A DNA stretch of 64,000 bases from contig NC_068998.1 of assembly GCF_001194135.2 (NCBI RefSeq), positions 8,547,686 through 8,611,685 of the forward strand. Direction: 5' to 3'. The notes under the pieces were generated by a model. The model was given only the letters and a program-made list of their open reading frames with translations, did not search any database and was not told the DNA's origin. The position numbers and the translations under genes are program-made. Source of the stretch: Octopus bimaculoides. Lineage: Eukaryota. The number at the start of each line of letters is the position of its first letter. The stretch's first letter is position 1. Of this stretch, positions 13,815 through 27,704 are shown in pieces.

Positions 13815-14500
13815 GTGTGAGTGTGTGTGTGTTTGTGTGTGCACGGTTCTATGTGTGTTTGTGTGTGCACGGTTCTATGTGTGTGTGTGTCTATATATAT
13901 GTGCTTGTGTATGTGTGTGTGGTTTTTTGTTTGACTAGTCTTAGGGTTCAGTTTGCGTGTGTATGGGTCTGTGAATGTGTTTTATATTTAGCAGGGTAGT
14001 GCGTGTATGCGTGTGCACGTTTGTCTGTGTGTGTGTGTGATTTGTATTAATCATGGTGTTCTGTGTGCACGCGTCAGTGTATGTGCTTGTCCTTGTGTGT
14101 ATATGTGTACGTCTGTGTGTGTGAGTGTGTATGTTTGTGTGTGTTGCTTTAGTGAGAGTGGTATATGCGTGCACATGAGTATGTTTGTGAGTCTGTCTGT
14201 GTAGGCTTGTAGTGTTATAATTGTCCGAGTGGTATGTGTGTGTGTGTGTGTGTGCATCCGTATGTATGAGTGTGTTGCATTTGTCTGGGGTTCTGTGTGT
14301 ATCTGTGTGTGTTACGTTTACCAGGGTGGTGTGTATGTGTGTGCGTGTTTGTAATTAGTATGCGTTTGTGTGAGTGCGTGTATATGTGGGTGTGGTGTAT
14401 GTAGTTTTCGGGTGAGTGTGTTATATTTGGTGTGGCGAAGTGTGTGTGTACGTGTGCATGCGTCTGCAAGAGTGTGCGTGTGTAGTAAGGGTTGAACAGA

Positions 14501-14559
<59 letters not shown>

Positions 14560-14590
14560 TGAGTGTTTGTGCGTGAGTGTGTGTGTGCAT
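13815..14590. repeat. Degenerate (GT)n-rich tract
   Basis: About 780 bp of interrupted TG repeats ending in a perfect (TG)n. Confidence 0.93.
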
Positions 14591-15052
14591 CAAATACGAT
14601 TAAAGAGACGAATGACTTTTACCAAACAAAATTCCCAGGATATGCAACACAATATTATTACTACGATAAATAATAACCATAACAATGATAATAATAATAA
14701 TAATAATAATAATATGAAAGATAAACAAATAAAACGAGATTTTCCAGGTCAAATTTTAAACACTGTATAGAAGAGATACACTATCTTTATCAAACATCTC
14801 AATACATAGCGGTTTATATATATTTAATGTATTGATAGGGTTTTAAATTGAAATGTATTTCTCTCTGTTTAGAAATGAACTTATATATAAATAATAAATA
14901 TAAACATATATAGCTAAAATAATATACATACCCTGCAGCTCGTTTATCAGCCGTATAGTATTGTGTGTATACATACAATATATATGTACTTGCATATATG
15001 TATGTCTGCGTTTCTGTGCAAGTATGTATGTATATACTTTTTCATATATGCA

Positions 15053-15086
<34 letters not shown>

Positions 15087-15419
15087 ATATACCGATATAT
15101 AGATATTCTATATACATGCGCACACCGCAAATATATACAACATGCATACATATATATGTAAATACATATATATAAAAATTCGTATATATAAATACCCATA
15201 AATATATACATACTTATGTATAGAGGCATCTACATTTTTGTGTGTATATATGTAAGTATATTTATATTTGTTCTAATGAAAACATATATATATATATGAA
15301 TATATATATATACATGTATATTTACATGTATATGTATATATATATATGCATATATATATATATGTATATTCAAAATATGTATATTCATATATAAATACAT
15401 ATATATATAGTTATATACG

Positions 15420-15461
<42 letters not shown>

Positions 15462-15989
15462 CATGTATGTATACACACACACGTGTGTGTGTTTGAGTTT
15501 TATTTCAGAAGCTTTTGAAGAACAATATAGTATATATGAAAAATAAAAAGGTAAATATATAAACCAAACAAAATGATTGGCCTCTGCCAAATGGTAGTTT
15601 CCTAATGATTATTTGAGACGAAAACAAAAAAACAACTTTCTAACCTTCCAGCCATTTGATTGGTGCCAAGTGACTTCAGTATGATATTTGTGAATCTTAC
15701 ATTTTGAAGAAAAAGTCTTGCAGGGAGACGGAAATGAATAGATACACAAAGAGAGACAGACAGACAGACAGACAGAGGATAAGCTGAGGTGGACAAAACA
15801 GGAGTAGTGAAAGGTACAGAGAGGAAAGTGACGAGATATATTTTTGTGCCTGTCTGTGTGTTTCTCTAGATGCGTTTGCGTATGTGTGTGTTACTGTGGC
15901 CGTGTGTGTGTGCAACAAGACCATGGAGGAATCGACGTAAGCTTAAATAATAAACCGCGATAGGTGAACCCCGATACTGCGAGGGATTA

Positions 15990-16035
<46 letters not shown>

Positions 16036-16328
16036 NNNNNNNNNNNNNNNNNNNNNNNNNNNNNNNNNNNNNNNNNNNNNNNNNNNNNNNNNNNNNNNNN
16101 NNNNNNNNNNNNNNNNNNNNNNNNNNNNNNNNNNNNNNNNNNNNNNNNNNNNNNNNNNNNNNNNNNNNNNNNNNNNNNNNNNNNNNNNNNNNNNNNNNNN
16201 NNNNNNNNNNNNNNNNNNNNNNNNNNNNNNNNNNNNNNNNNNNNNNNNNNNNNNNNNNNNNNNNNNNNNNNNNNNNNNNNNNNNNNNNNNNNNNNNNNNN
16301 NNNNNNNNNNNNNNNNNNNNNNNNNNNN
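16036..16328. other. Assembly gap
   Basis: N run. Confidence 0.99.
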
Positions 16329-16490
16329 GTGTGTTTATGTACCCGTAACTTAGCTGTTCGGCAAAAGAGAACGTTAGAATAAGTACTACGTTTACAAAGA
16401 ATAAGTCCTGGTGTCGATTTGTTCTACTAAAGGCGGTTCTCTAGCATGACTGCAGTCAAATGTCTTAAACAACTAAACGAAAAGGCATAA
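16329..16490 (+). mobile_element. Family-C SINE 3' half
   Basis: CCCGTAACTTAGCTGTTCGGCAAAAGAGA...GACTGCAGTCAAATG matches 7250-7390. Confidence 0.85.
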
Positions 16491-16521
<31 letters not shown>

Positions 16522-16689
16522 CATTATATATATATACATATATATATATACATATGTATATATATATTACAGGTTGTCCACAAAGTCTGAGTACATGGGG
16601 ATTAACACATACTTTAAAAAATTATTTCTAATATTTAATTGTTTATGATTTTATTTACTCTATGTACCCAGACCTTATGGACACCCTGT

Positions 16690-16828
16690 ATATCAAATCC
16701 ACTCACAAGGCTTTGTTCGGCCCGAGGCTATTATAGTAGAAGATCCATGCTCAAGTTACCACGCAGTGGGACTGAACCTGGAAGCATGTGGTTGGGAAGC
16801 AAGCATCTTACCACACCGCCACACCTGT
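16690..16828 (-). mobile_element. Family-C SINE 5' half
   Basis: Reverse complement of the head and central domain (CAAATCCACTCACAAGGCTTTG...GGGACTGAACC). Confidence 0.85.
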
Positions 16829-17384
16829 ATGCTTGGATGTGTTTCACAGCCTTCGATATTGCCATCTTTATTCTAGTCTGTAACCTTATAACCACTCAGT
16901 ACAAATTCGTCAATGCAAAACATTATCACGTAGATTGAGAATCCACCAATTAGGTAACGCTATTATGTTCAATATATTTATGTACAAATATATTACAACT
17001 AAGGGCAAATAACCTAGGTGAATGTTCTCTATATTATTCTCCCCAAATTTGAGTAACTAAGCTAATTCAATTTATCTCCCCTGGTTGTTGTTTTCAGATT
17101 TTTAAACATCTTTATAGAGGAATTTTTGTACATTCTAACTAATTTCTCTCATAATTTCAGTTGATGGAAAGTTTTCGACTGAGTGCATCTCATACGTGAG
17201 ATTCTTATTTTATCTGTTTACATACATGCATCTTGAAATACATTCATACATACATACATACATACATATTTATATATTATATATCTGTGTGTGTATATTC
17301 ATATTTATATATCTGTGTGTGTATGTTTCGGACGATTGCATTCCCTGTCTGTATATACGCACACTGTTATGTGCACATTATTTA

Positions 17385-17500
17385 CAATATTTACATTTGA
17401 CGGATATTTGTGCTTATCTTGTTTGTTAACACAACGTTTCAGTTGATATACCCTCCAGCCTTCATCAGGTGTCTTGGGGAAATTTTGAACCTGGTTTCTC
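17385..17500 (-). mobile_element. Penelope-like terminal-repeat fragment (homologue of 63700-63830)
   Basis: Minus strand GAGAAACCAGGTTCAAAATTTCCCCAAGACACCTGATGAAGGCTGGAGGGTATATCAACTGAAACGTTGTGTTAAC...AAATATCCGTCAAATGTAAAT. Confidence 0.85.
17428..17473 (-). ncRNA. Minimal type-I hammerhead ribozyme motif, slightly degenerate
   Basis: GACAC-CTGATGA-A-GGCTG..CAACT-GAAA-CGTT-GTGTT: stem I pairs (one GU), stem II has one mismatch and one GU. Confidence 0.6.
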
Positions 17501-18030
17501 GTTCGACCACCACCACTAGCAAAAACCACTACCACTACCACCACCTAAACAGCAAAAACCAGCACCACCACCACCACCACGAAAAAATAAGAATTCCACT
17601 TATGCCAGGATAGCAGAAAATTCAGGTAGAGATGGGGTTAGTAGACAGCATCAGCTTTCAATATTTGCTGCTTGGTATTCTATGTTATCGAACTAGAAAG
17701 CATGAGAAGCAAAGTCAACTTCGGCAGGATTTGAACTCAGAATGTTGATGCAGCCTCCTACAGTTACCAATGGTTATAACGCTACAGCTAATGCTGTCAC
17801 TACTACTACTACTACCAATTATTTTACGGCTGATACTGTTACAATTAATACAAATACTATTACTACTACTGCTACCACCACCACCACCACCACCACTACT
17901 TATGTTGCACCTGCCGCTACTGCTACAACAACAACAACTACTACCACCACTACTACTACCACTAGTAATGTTGTTGCTGCTGCTGCTGCTACTACAACTA
18001 CTATTGCAACTACTACTACTGCAGATATTT
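17500..18030. repeat. (ACC)/(ACT)/(GCT) trinucleotide tract with an embedded degraded family-B SINE (about 17620-17770, minus)
   Basis: Triplet runs; AAAGTCAACTTCGGCAGGATTTGAACTCAGAA matches family B. Confidence 0.8.
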
Positions 18031-18165
18031 ATTTTATTGATCTCAAGGGGCGACAAGATAAGCAATAAAACAAGAAGAAGAATTACTAAGTGGCACTGAA
18101 GTACGAATTGCACTAAATCGTACATGGCATTTAATCCGTAATTCTACAATTTCTGCGGTATATAC

Positions 18166-18199
<34 letters not shown>

Positions 18200-18639
18200 T
18201 CTTAACTTTCAAATTAGTATGGCAAGCAGAAATCTTATTAAAATTTATTATGCTTTGCAGCATCTTCATAAAATTTAGCAGTCTCTAATTGCATACAGAA
18301 CGCATTCTCACCTACATTTATTAAAAATAGTTCGTTTATATTAATTCGCCAAGACGTAGTCTTATTCAAATTTCAATACAAACTTGAGTTACAAACAAAT
18401 TGCTTGACGTTCGCATAGTTTCAAGTGAAGACGGCGTTATTAATTAAGAGTGTTTAATGTTTGAATGTGAAATTGTTGAAGCTAAATTAAATTTTCTTAC
18501 TTTCAGTCACTAATTTTGGATTGGTAATGCATGTGGTTGTTGTTGTTGTTGTTGTTCTTGTTCTTGTCGATGATAATGATGATGATAACAATGATAGCGA
18601 CAAGGACAACACGGCGATGGCGAAGATGATGGTGATGAT

Positions 18640-18673
<34 letters not shown>

Positions 18674-18834
18674 CACATGGCCTACCCTCCTTGTCAACAG
18701 CGTGGCTGTTTTTTACCGAACCTGAAAGTAAAGTGGACATAAACAAACCAAGACCGGTTGTCAAGGTGCCACCCATTTAGACTGAAACCCGAAACCATGT
18801 GATTTGGAAGCGAGCTTCATCACACTACACAGCT

Positions 18835-18867
<33 letters not shown>

Positions 18868-19409
18868 TATGCATGTATGTATAAGTATATACACATCCAT
18901 ACATGTATACATACATACATATATACATGCATAATAGATAAGTATATATGTGATATGATATCTATCTTTCAATAAACACACACAAATATATATGTATATG
19001 TAATATAGCAAGCAATGGCAATATGATATCATGCAGTATAAATTAGCATAAATTACTAACGAGCAAAATAGTCATTCCTTTTATGATAAACCAATGTGAG
19101 AGCTTCTACAGTGTCACCCAATCTGCTAGAAACAGTTACCAAACCTCATATAGTAATAACTCTATTGTTACGAACACAGAAAAGAACATATCAGATAATT
19201 CGATCATAGACACACTTATCATTGTAGGATGGTCATTTTTGGCTTGCCTTTTATCAGAAGTATGCTTGTTCTGTGTTGACAAGTGATGAAACATTCAAAA
19301 AGGAAAAAAAAATGCGATAAAACCATTAGAGATAACTTGACGTAGTTGGTTAAGCTGCTAGAAATACCAGTAACGAAATATCCCTGAAATGGAGCCTTGC
19401 TGTCTAATT

Positions 19410-19830
19410 AATTTTAAAAAGAGAACGCATTGGAAAATAAAACACGCTATATAGCATGTTCGGAAAAAGTTCGGATTGTCATGGTTGGAATTTATCTAAT
19501 CATAACTCTTCTCTGTCAGACAGAGAGGACTTTGGGATTAAAAGAAGGGGGAAAAAAATCACATTATTCCTAATGATTTTCTCACTGCTAGCACTGGATG
19601 AGTTTTTGAGTGAGTATACAAGCTATAAGGTAATGCTTTGTCAGATTTAGAGCGAAGAGTTAAGAGACTAGCTTTAATGGGCTGCTACCATATGCTGAAA
19701 CAAAGAAAATTGTTGTACGTGATTACAAGTAATGTTCTTTACTATTTCTCTATGGTGGATACTAACTGGTAGGAAGAGATTTTTCAACGTAAAACGTGTG
19801 CCATATTTATCCATTAAAAGATTTATATTT
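19410..19830 (+). pseudogene. Tentative decayed NACHT-domain fragment, inverted relative to the main cluster
   Basis: In frame: ERIGK*NTL (19432-19440 GGA AAA TAA; Walker-A-like), then IFSLLALDE (LDE 19594-19602; Walker-B-like). After a frameshift LKQRKLLYVITS (to 19730) and DFST*NV (19778-19798; GFSxENV-like). Motif order matches NACHT but each motif is eroded. Confidence 0.4.
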
Positions 19831-20051
19831 CTGCAGATTTACACATCTCTAAGGATTATGGAACATAATAGAAATATACGGTAATATCTTATGCACCATG
19901 TATGTGTGCATATTTGCTTGTGTCTTTGTGTGTGAATATATGTTGGAGGGCTGTGAATGTGTGGTTGAGATTGTACGCGTGTGTACATACATATATACAA
20001 TATATAGAAGTGATGTATGTATGTATGTAAGACCATATAATTGTACCTAGG

Positions 20052-20082
<31 letters not shown>

Positions 20083-20315
20083 GTGCGTCTGATTGTGTAT
20101 ATATGTGTCTGTATATATGGGATGATGTAGAAATGGTGCATAAAATTCCAGGAACGAAACAATTTTACTCAACAAATATTTGTGCAGAATTGCTATTTAT
20201 TCAATTTAAAAACCGCACCACTGTTACTCCGAGTTTCCGATGTTTGTGTGAACCTAACTTACAGGACTCTCTCTGGCTCGCTCGCTTCATATCTACACAT
20301 GTAATAAATTTGTAT

Positions 20316-20349
<34 letters not shown>

Positions 20350-20842
20350 GTGCGTGTGTCCGGATGAAAGTTATTCTCCCTTTAACGGGACTATTCCCTA
20401 AGTTTCCAAGGTTTTCTTTATCATACTTTATTTTCGGGATTCCTTTTATTTTCGTATGAATATATATGAATAAAAATCATTAAAAGAATCAGTTTATAAG
20501 ACTGAATTCAATAAATGTCGTCAGATGAAGGGAACAGGTTGACAAATAGTGCCGGTATGTTTGCGGCTCCGTAGCTGAGAGAGACCGATAGAATAAGCAC
20601 CAGGCTTATAAAAAAAAGTAAGTACTACGGTGATACATGCTTCATTATTTGTATTCAGTAAGTATGCACATAGCCCTTTACCAGTTAGTACATATAGCCA
20701 TGTATATATTATAATTATTACAGACATCTAATTTTCCGGCTCCAAGTTGTGTCCCTCGGTTGTGATGCATTTCCCCTAATTCTAAGGAAGTTACATTATG
20801 CATTGCTATAATTTCTTACCACTTGAGGCCGACGCCCGCACT

Positions 20843-20882
<40 letters not shown>

Positions 20883-21824
20883 CATATACTCGCACACAAA
20901 TACACACACACACTCATACAAACATGTACGTGTTTCTGTGTCGTTTTCCCTCATGCCTAGTAACATGCAGAAATATGCTTTGTTGGTGTTCTATTAATGT
21001 TTCCATTGTATTTAAGCTATAGGTTTTTTCAAAGTATCATCTAGATTTTCAGCAGATCGATTTCTCTGAGTATTGTGTCCATAGCATTCTCTATAATAAA
21101 CGTAATAGCAGTGATGTAGCATATACATGGCATAAAATTAGCGTCTACCTATATATATATATTCTCTATAAGAATAACAGTTTTCGATGTTAGTGTGCTA
21201 TTTGGCAAAACAAAACCTTTTGTTTTGATTTGTGCTACTCAAGTCTTTTTTGTAATTTTGTGTGCTTATATTGAATCCAAGCGCATTCGATTTGCGTATG
21301 TAAAATTGCCACGGAGAACTGAAAAGCTCTCTCGTTTTAGTTTTTATAATATTATACATTTGGTGTTTATTATTAAAATCTTGATTGGCGGATCGCCTTT
21401 TTGGAGAAAGTCACGAGTGCTGTTTTGTTATCCATTTTTCTTTTATTATTTAGCAATTTATGCGTTCTCCGATGGTGGATACATAGGCAAATTTGATTTG
21501 TTATAGTTTTCCCCCTCAAAACGTACCGAATATTCCAATAAGGAACTAGAGATAAGAGCATTTTGCACTTGTTTATGATTTTGTATAAATATATGTATAG
21601 CAGATATTGTGTATATGTATATACATATATATATATATACTCTGAAAGTAAACACACTACGCCCCACACATTGAATTCTAGCAATCATATGTGTGTGAGT
21701 ATGTACGGGCGTGTGCACGTGTGAGTGTATGTGTGTATATTAGTACCTATGTATATATGTGTGTCTGTATATTAGCACGTGTACATTTGTGTATGTGAGC
21801 GGTTTATATGTGTGTGTGTGTGTG

Positions 21825-21834
21825 NNNNNNNNNN
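21825..21834. other. Assembly gap (10 N)
   Basis: N run within microsatellite. Confidence 0.99.
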
Positions 21835-22800
21835 TATATATATATATATATATATATATATGCATGTACATATACATGTGCATATATATAGAAACGTATG
21901 TGTGAGAGAGAGAGAGAGAGACAGACAGAGACATAGACAGGAGGAGAGAGAGAGATTGTGTATTTAATTAATCTAATGTAAATTATCACTGATTGACATG
22001 TTTACCTTCAAAGAATGCATTTAATCAACAATTACCTTTAAGATGAAGCTAATATATTAATTATTTCTAAAATATTTTTTGAAATTATGATGTTATTTTC
22101 GTTTCTTGAAGTCTCCATGTTTTAATCCGTTTACTCTTCAATGTAATGAAAACAACAAAATGGCTTCCTGTTACTGGTTCGGTCCAAAACATTTTTTATG
22201 TTTGTAAAGCGAATTTAATCTATAATAGAGATTGATTTATTAAAAAATTTTAATTCAAAATTGAAAATTAAAAGAAAATACATTGGTGTCTCCACATTTT
22301 CACTTATGAGAAAAGACTTACGTGCTTCAAAAACCACTGATCAGATAGATAAATAAATGAATAAATAATATAAATAGATAAATATTTAAGATCTACAATT
22401 TTTCAAAAGGAATTATATTTATATATTTTATAGACGTAGATATAAACAGTTATGTGTGTGCGTGTGTGCGTGCGTGTGTGAGCGAGCGAGCGTGTAAATC
22501 CATATTTCCATGCACACGTGACTGAAGATGTCAATACTTAAATATAGAGATATCTGGGAACGGAACCTAAAGCACACCTGTATCTATAAATAATGTAACA
22601 CGATCATAGTTACGTTACACAAACCATCATCCGTCTATATGTATTTTCTCATATATTTTTGATTTTAAAAAAATGAAAAGTTACCTGTAAACAAGTTATT
22701 CTGATGTTTGACAACATGTTTGGACGAATTCACCAGTTTGCAACGGTTTGCCATGTTTGCTAACATATCTGTATACACGAAGGTGTTATAAATATTCTCA

Positions 22801-23060
22801 GTGGAGGCCCAGTGATTAGGGCAGCGGACTCGCGGTCGTAGAATCATGATTTCGATTCCCAGACCAGACGTTATGAGTGTGTATTGAGCGAAAACACCTA
22901 AAGCTCGACCAGGCTCCGGCAGAGAGTGGTGGCAAACCCCGCTGTACACTTTCCGCACAACTTTCTCTCACTCTTTCATTCTGTTTCTGTTGTACCTGCA
23001 TTTCAAAGGGTCAGCCTTGTCACACTCTGTATGACGCTGAGTCGCCTCCGATAACTACGA
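22801..23060 (+). mobile_element. Family-A SINE, 3'-truncated
   Basis: GTGGAGGCCCAGTGATTAGGGCAGCGGACTCGCGG...TTTCAAAGGGTCAGCCTTGTCACAC; homologous to 5649-6040. Confidence 0.88.
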
Positions 23061-23169
23061 TCTAAAAATAAACAAAATGTACTTGCCAACTTGGATTGTA
23101 AAATATTATAGTTTCAGCAGTTTGTAATCAGAAATCAGCAGAAGGAAATCAGAAAGCAGCAGAAGATAA

Positions 23170-23830
23170 TCAATTACAAGTCATCGTGTATTGGGAACAT
23201 GGGCGAAACGTTTATTTTTGTCATGCCAGACCATCGAACGATAAAGAATAAAGATCATTGGTGATAAGAACAACTGGCTACTGGAAAAGTAGAATTATTT
23301 TAGTTCTTTCTTCTATGGCTAATGGTACAATGTTAAAACCAATGATTGTTTTAAAGAGAAAACTCTACCACGGTAGAAATTTCATCCATGTGCATCCACA
23401 AATCAAAATTGATAAGATCAAATATAGAAAATGGATAAAGTGAGTTGGGAGTTTTCGACCCGGTGGATTACGAAAGAGAATGCATTTGCTTGTCTATAAC
23501 TGGTATAAGGCATATTTAGTGAAAAACTTTACTGATAACCTCCAACCACACAATACCGACAGCTGTGATCCCTGACGGATTTGGACATAGTTAGAATCCA
23601 TTAAGTGTTAACCTCGAGAAGCCATTTAACGACATATGAGAATCAAGAGGAATAACTGAATGTATGATGGGGAAACGCGTACACGAATGAAGGAAGTATG
23701 CAAGCTCCATCATTGCCTCTTATCTGTGATTGAATTGTTGATCCGAGGACGGAAATAAAGGCTGACACTCTTGTCAACTCATTCAAGAAATGTAGATATT
23801 CAAATGAAATGGATGACTTAGAAAACGATT
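23170..23830 (+). mobile_element. pogo/Tigger-like (DDE_1) transposase remnant
   Basis: IGNMGET (23190-23210; xNMDET motif), IRTTGYWKSRIILVLSSMANGTMLKPMIVLKRK, AVIPDG and SFKKCRYSNEMD (from 23779); many stops and frameshifts. Confidence 0.82.
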
Positions 23831-25195
23831 ATCTATAAAATAGCATGAACGTCAAAAGTTTGGTATGTTACTTCTCCATCGGGTCTCATACTAAATATTT
23901 TATCCATTGTTTGAAAATCACCCCTTCTCTAGGCTGCAGACTTCTATATCAATCAGCCTTACATGAATTTTATTTTCTTTTACGTGAGCTCAAGCGCCTG
24001 ATGCAGGAATTAAATATCAAATGCAGTGATCACATTAGTTAGGCTGTGTTTAAGAACATTCTATTCATCGTTTCACCTCCGATTATCGTTCGATATATCT
24101 GAAATATGTGTAAAATATCCCTTTAAAATATATCACCCTACTGCTTTCTAAATGACTGCATATAATAATATAGTTTAAAAGAAAATACCAAAATATTACT
24201 GAATAAAAGACGCAAATATTACACCTGAAATTACTTTGATTACAGATATGTTCCAGTAATTCTGTTCTTAATCAACACTCATAGCAAAGATGTTTTCAGA
24301 TTTTTAAAAAAGGTAAAGACTACCAAATAATTTCTCTCAGAGAATTTATAGTTAAATCGATATCAGTGCTTGACTGCTATTCCATTACTATTTCGTGTTT
24401 TTTTTTTTTTAATGTTTTTCAAGAATTTTGATCTAAAATCGTGTTGAAACCCATATTGTTCTATTTTCGGAGATTCATAACATTAACACCTATAAGCACA
24501 CTTACCGTTTGTTGTTTATCTATATTTTTTTTTACCTAATCCAATATATCTTTTTTCTTACCACATTACCTCGAATCTTATTCGTGTATAAATAATAAAT
24601 TACATAATTTATAATATCCATACCCATTCAAAAGACCGCTGACGTAATGGAACGAAAAATGGTGGGTTGGCGGGAGAGTTATACAGATAAACAAGCGGCG
24701 CGTGCAACTCTATTTAACTAAACCTGCAATGTTGAGGGACACAGTTAAAGTAATCACACAAGACACGAACTTAGATTTTAATGATTTTAGTTAAAACTTA
24801 TAAGATATTCTCACATTCACAGTCCGTCTTTTACAAGTTTATAAAGGCAGAGAAAAATATAAATTGTTTTCAGACTCAAAAGATAGATATTTCAATATTG
24901 TAATACATTTTCAATTGTCCATGATGTTCATTTTGGGTTAACTAATATGTCTGCCATTTTTTTCTCATTCTCAGTATAGAAAAGTGTTTGCGTTATGAAG
25001 AAAATATCAAATACAATATTCATTTGTATTTGTATTATTTCGTATTATGTTTCTTCTTATTTTACGGATAAAAAGTAAACAAAATCAGACAAATAACAGA
25101 AAAAATGCTAAAAGTACTCGGTTAAAATAATCATTTTCCTGACATGTCTAACATTACAAGTATACGTACACACGTACATGCGCATATATATATAT

Positions 25196-25241
<46 letters not shown>

Positions 25242-25960
25242 TATAAGTGTGTGTGTGTGTGTGTGTGTGTTCACACAGACACAAATGTGATAAACAGATA
25301 TGTATCTGTTGAAATGTATATATATATCAAGCTATCGACAAATACATAGGCATAATATACATACACACATATGTATATACATATATACGCACATATAAAT
25401 GCATGTGTGCACATGCCTCTGTGTGTACGCATATGTATATTATATGAATGTACCTAGGTATATTTGTATGTGGATACAATTACAAATGAACAACACATAC
25501 ACATGTAAAAATATAAACATTTATGTATAAATGTAGGCGTGTATGCACATATGTATATACTATACATGTATGTAGGCATGTACAAGATGAACATTGAAAT
25601 AAACAAGTCTGTTATTTATACAATATCATATTTCTAACAAATATTCTGAACCAACCATCTTCCTCAATTCATTTTGTTCACGAAGATAAAAGAACCACCA
25701 TATAACAGGTGTTTTACGCCGATGTGCAAATAATATTTTCCTTTACATCCATGTTATAAACTAACGCAGTATTATTTAGTCTTATCATGTCAACACGGAC
25801 AATTAGTTCAAAACTTTGGTAAGAAATATTTCTTTAATTCAGATTTTCTAAAATCGATTTTAATAGCTTCTATTTTTTACTTACTCAATACATGCATATA
25901 TATATATATATATATATATACGCATGTATCTATGTTATATCATTCTATACATATATATTT

Positions 25961-26004
<44 letters not shown>

Positions 26005-26980
26005 TTGTTTTTGTGTGTACTCTAATATTTGTCCTAATGCAGCTCACAGCATGCTGAATGTAATTTTGCATGCTTGTGTGCGTATACGAGAATCATGTAG
26101 ATGCAACTCACAGATTAGGCAGTATACTCCACAATGTGTGTGTGTGTGTGTGTGTGTTCGTGCGTGTATGTATACGTATTTATGTATGCGTATATGTATG
26201 CAGTTGAGTGTAAAACGATAGTCATGGAAATGAAACTCACACCATGTACAATACATACATAAATACATACATACATACATACATTTGTATATGAAGATGT
26301 TTGTATGTATACAATAACCTTGCTTTAAGTACCCATTATAGCATAAACAAATATTTTTTTTGTTTCTATGCTTGTGTCTCGAAATAATATGGCGTTAAAC
26401 GTAAACCAACATAATATGCAGGATACATTTGTAGTCATATGTTATGTTTGCTTCTACATGTAGTTTTGTAAGTTCATGTGTGTGCGTATGGGGAGGAGGT
26501 GAACAAATGATGCAATATGAAACAAGCAAAGATAGCTATGCAGTTATCTTTTCCTCTTTATGTTGAGAATTTGAAGTTTTATTGAAGACCATTTGTACTC
26601 TCGGCCAAAGCACTGAAACCTTCTCGACTATATCATTATTTCAAAGAAGAGATGGAAAGGATTCTGCTTCAGATTTTACTTTAGGTGGTTTTTGTAGCGT
26701 CAAACCAGAGAAGACCCATCTACAAAGCCACGTGTTCCGCTAAAAGTTGTTGGGAAATTTCTCTCTTTCTTTCAAGTTATACCCTACTATTTAGGAAAGG
26801 AGCATTCATTTGCATAACGTATATAATGCGCAGTAGATCAAGGAAACGGGTTTTGATCATAGGTCTATTGGGAGTGAAGATGGAGCTGGTGGGGTTAGTC
26901 AAATACAGAGAGACAGAGGCGGAGAAAGGCAGAAAGACACATGTCGGCAGGAAGATAGACAGACAGAAAGATATATAGAT

Positions 26981-27095
26981 AGATAGTGAGAGGCACAGAT
27001 GGTTAGACAGTCAGACAGAGATGGATAGATAGATACAGATAGATAGATAGATAGATAGTGAGAGGCACAGATGGTTAGACAGTCAGACAGAGATG

Positions 27096-27163
<68 letters not shown>

Positions 27164-27165
27164 TT
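26981..27165. repeat. Two 72-bp tandem units followed by (AGAT)n
   Basis: GTGAGAGGCACAGATGGTTAGACAGTCAGACAGAGATGGATAG begins at 26986 and again at 27058. Confidence 0.93.
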
Positions 27166-27704
27166 CTCACATACAAACTGACTGACAGACAGACAGCGAG
27201 TTAGATATGATGGATGTAACACTCAATAGATGTCCGTTCTTGGATAGATTAGCAAAGAGTTTGATTGATATACATAGTTCGTTCAACAGACATTTAATTC
27301 AATAATTAAATAGTCAGCTTTGAAAATAGTTAAGCCGGTGTTAGACAGTTAGTTAAATAGGAAGAATGCTTAGGAATCAAGTGGTTTTAATTGATTCATA
27401 CTTAAGATAAGAAGAAAAGACGTACATTATTAATATCACATAGTTAATGTATGTGTATTGTTAAACCCTATTAGCTGTGAGTATTTCGTCTCAGAGAGGA
27501 CTACTTAAAGACGTATAGGGTTGAAAAAAAGCGTAGTATACTGCAAACAAGGTGAAACGAAATTTTTTAGGAAGTGAACGAGAACGACAGTTATCGTTAT
27601 TTCACCTTGGGGGTGGGGATCAACAGTAAAATGTACTCCCCCACCACTTCCCAAACAAATTGAGAATTGCTGCTAGAAGTATATATATATATGGAAAATT
27701 CACA

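Noticed and set aside
13263-13815. Unique-looking segment with partly open frames
   Set aside because: No motif I could assign with confidence on either strand.
17715-18125. Thr-rich mucin-like and Ser/Gly-rich ORFs
   Set aside because: Trinucleotide tract open on both strands; the plus ORF starts inside a SINE remnant and has no domain or convincing splice context.
24620-24710. Cluster of TGACGTAA, TTGGCGGGA and GCGGCGCGTG resembling promoter motifs
   Set aside because: Short motifs with no associated gene start or CpG-rich context; expected by chance at this scale.
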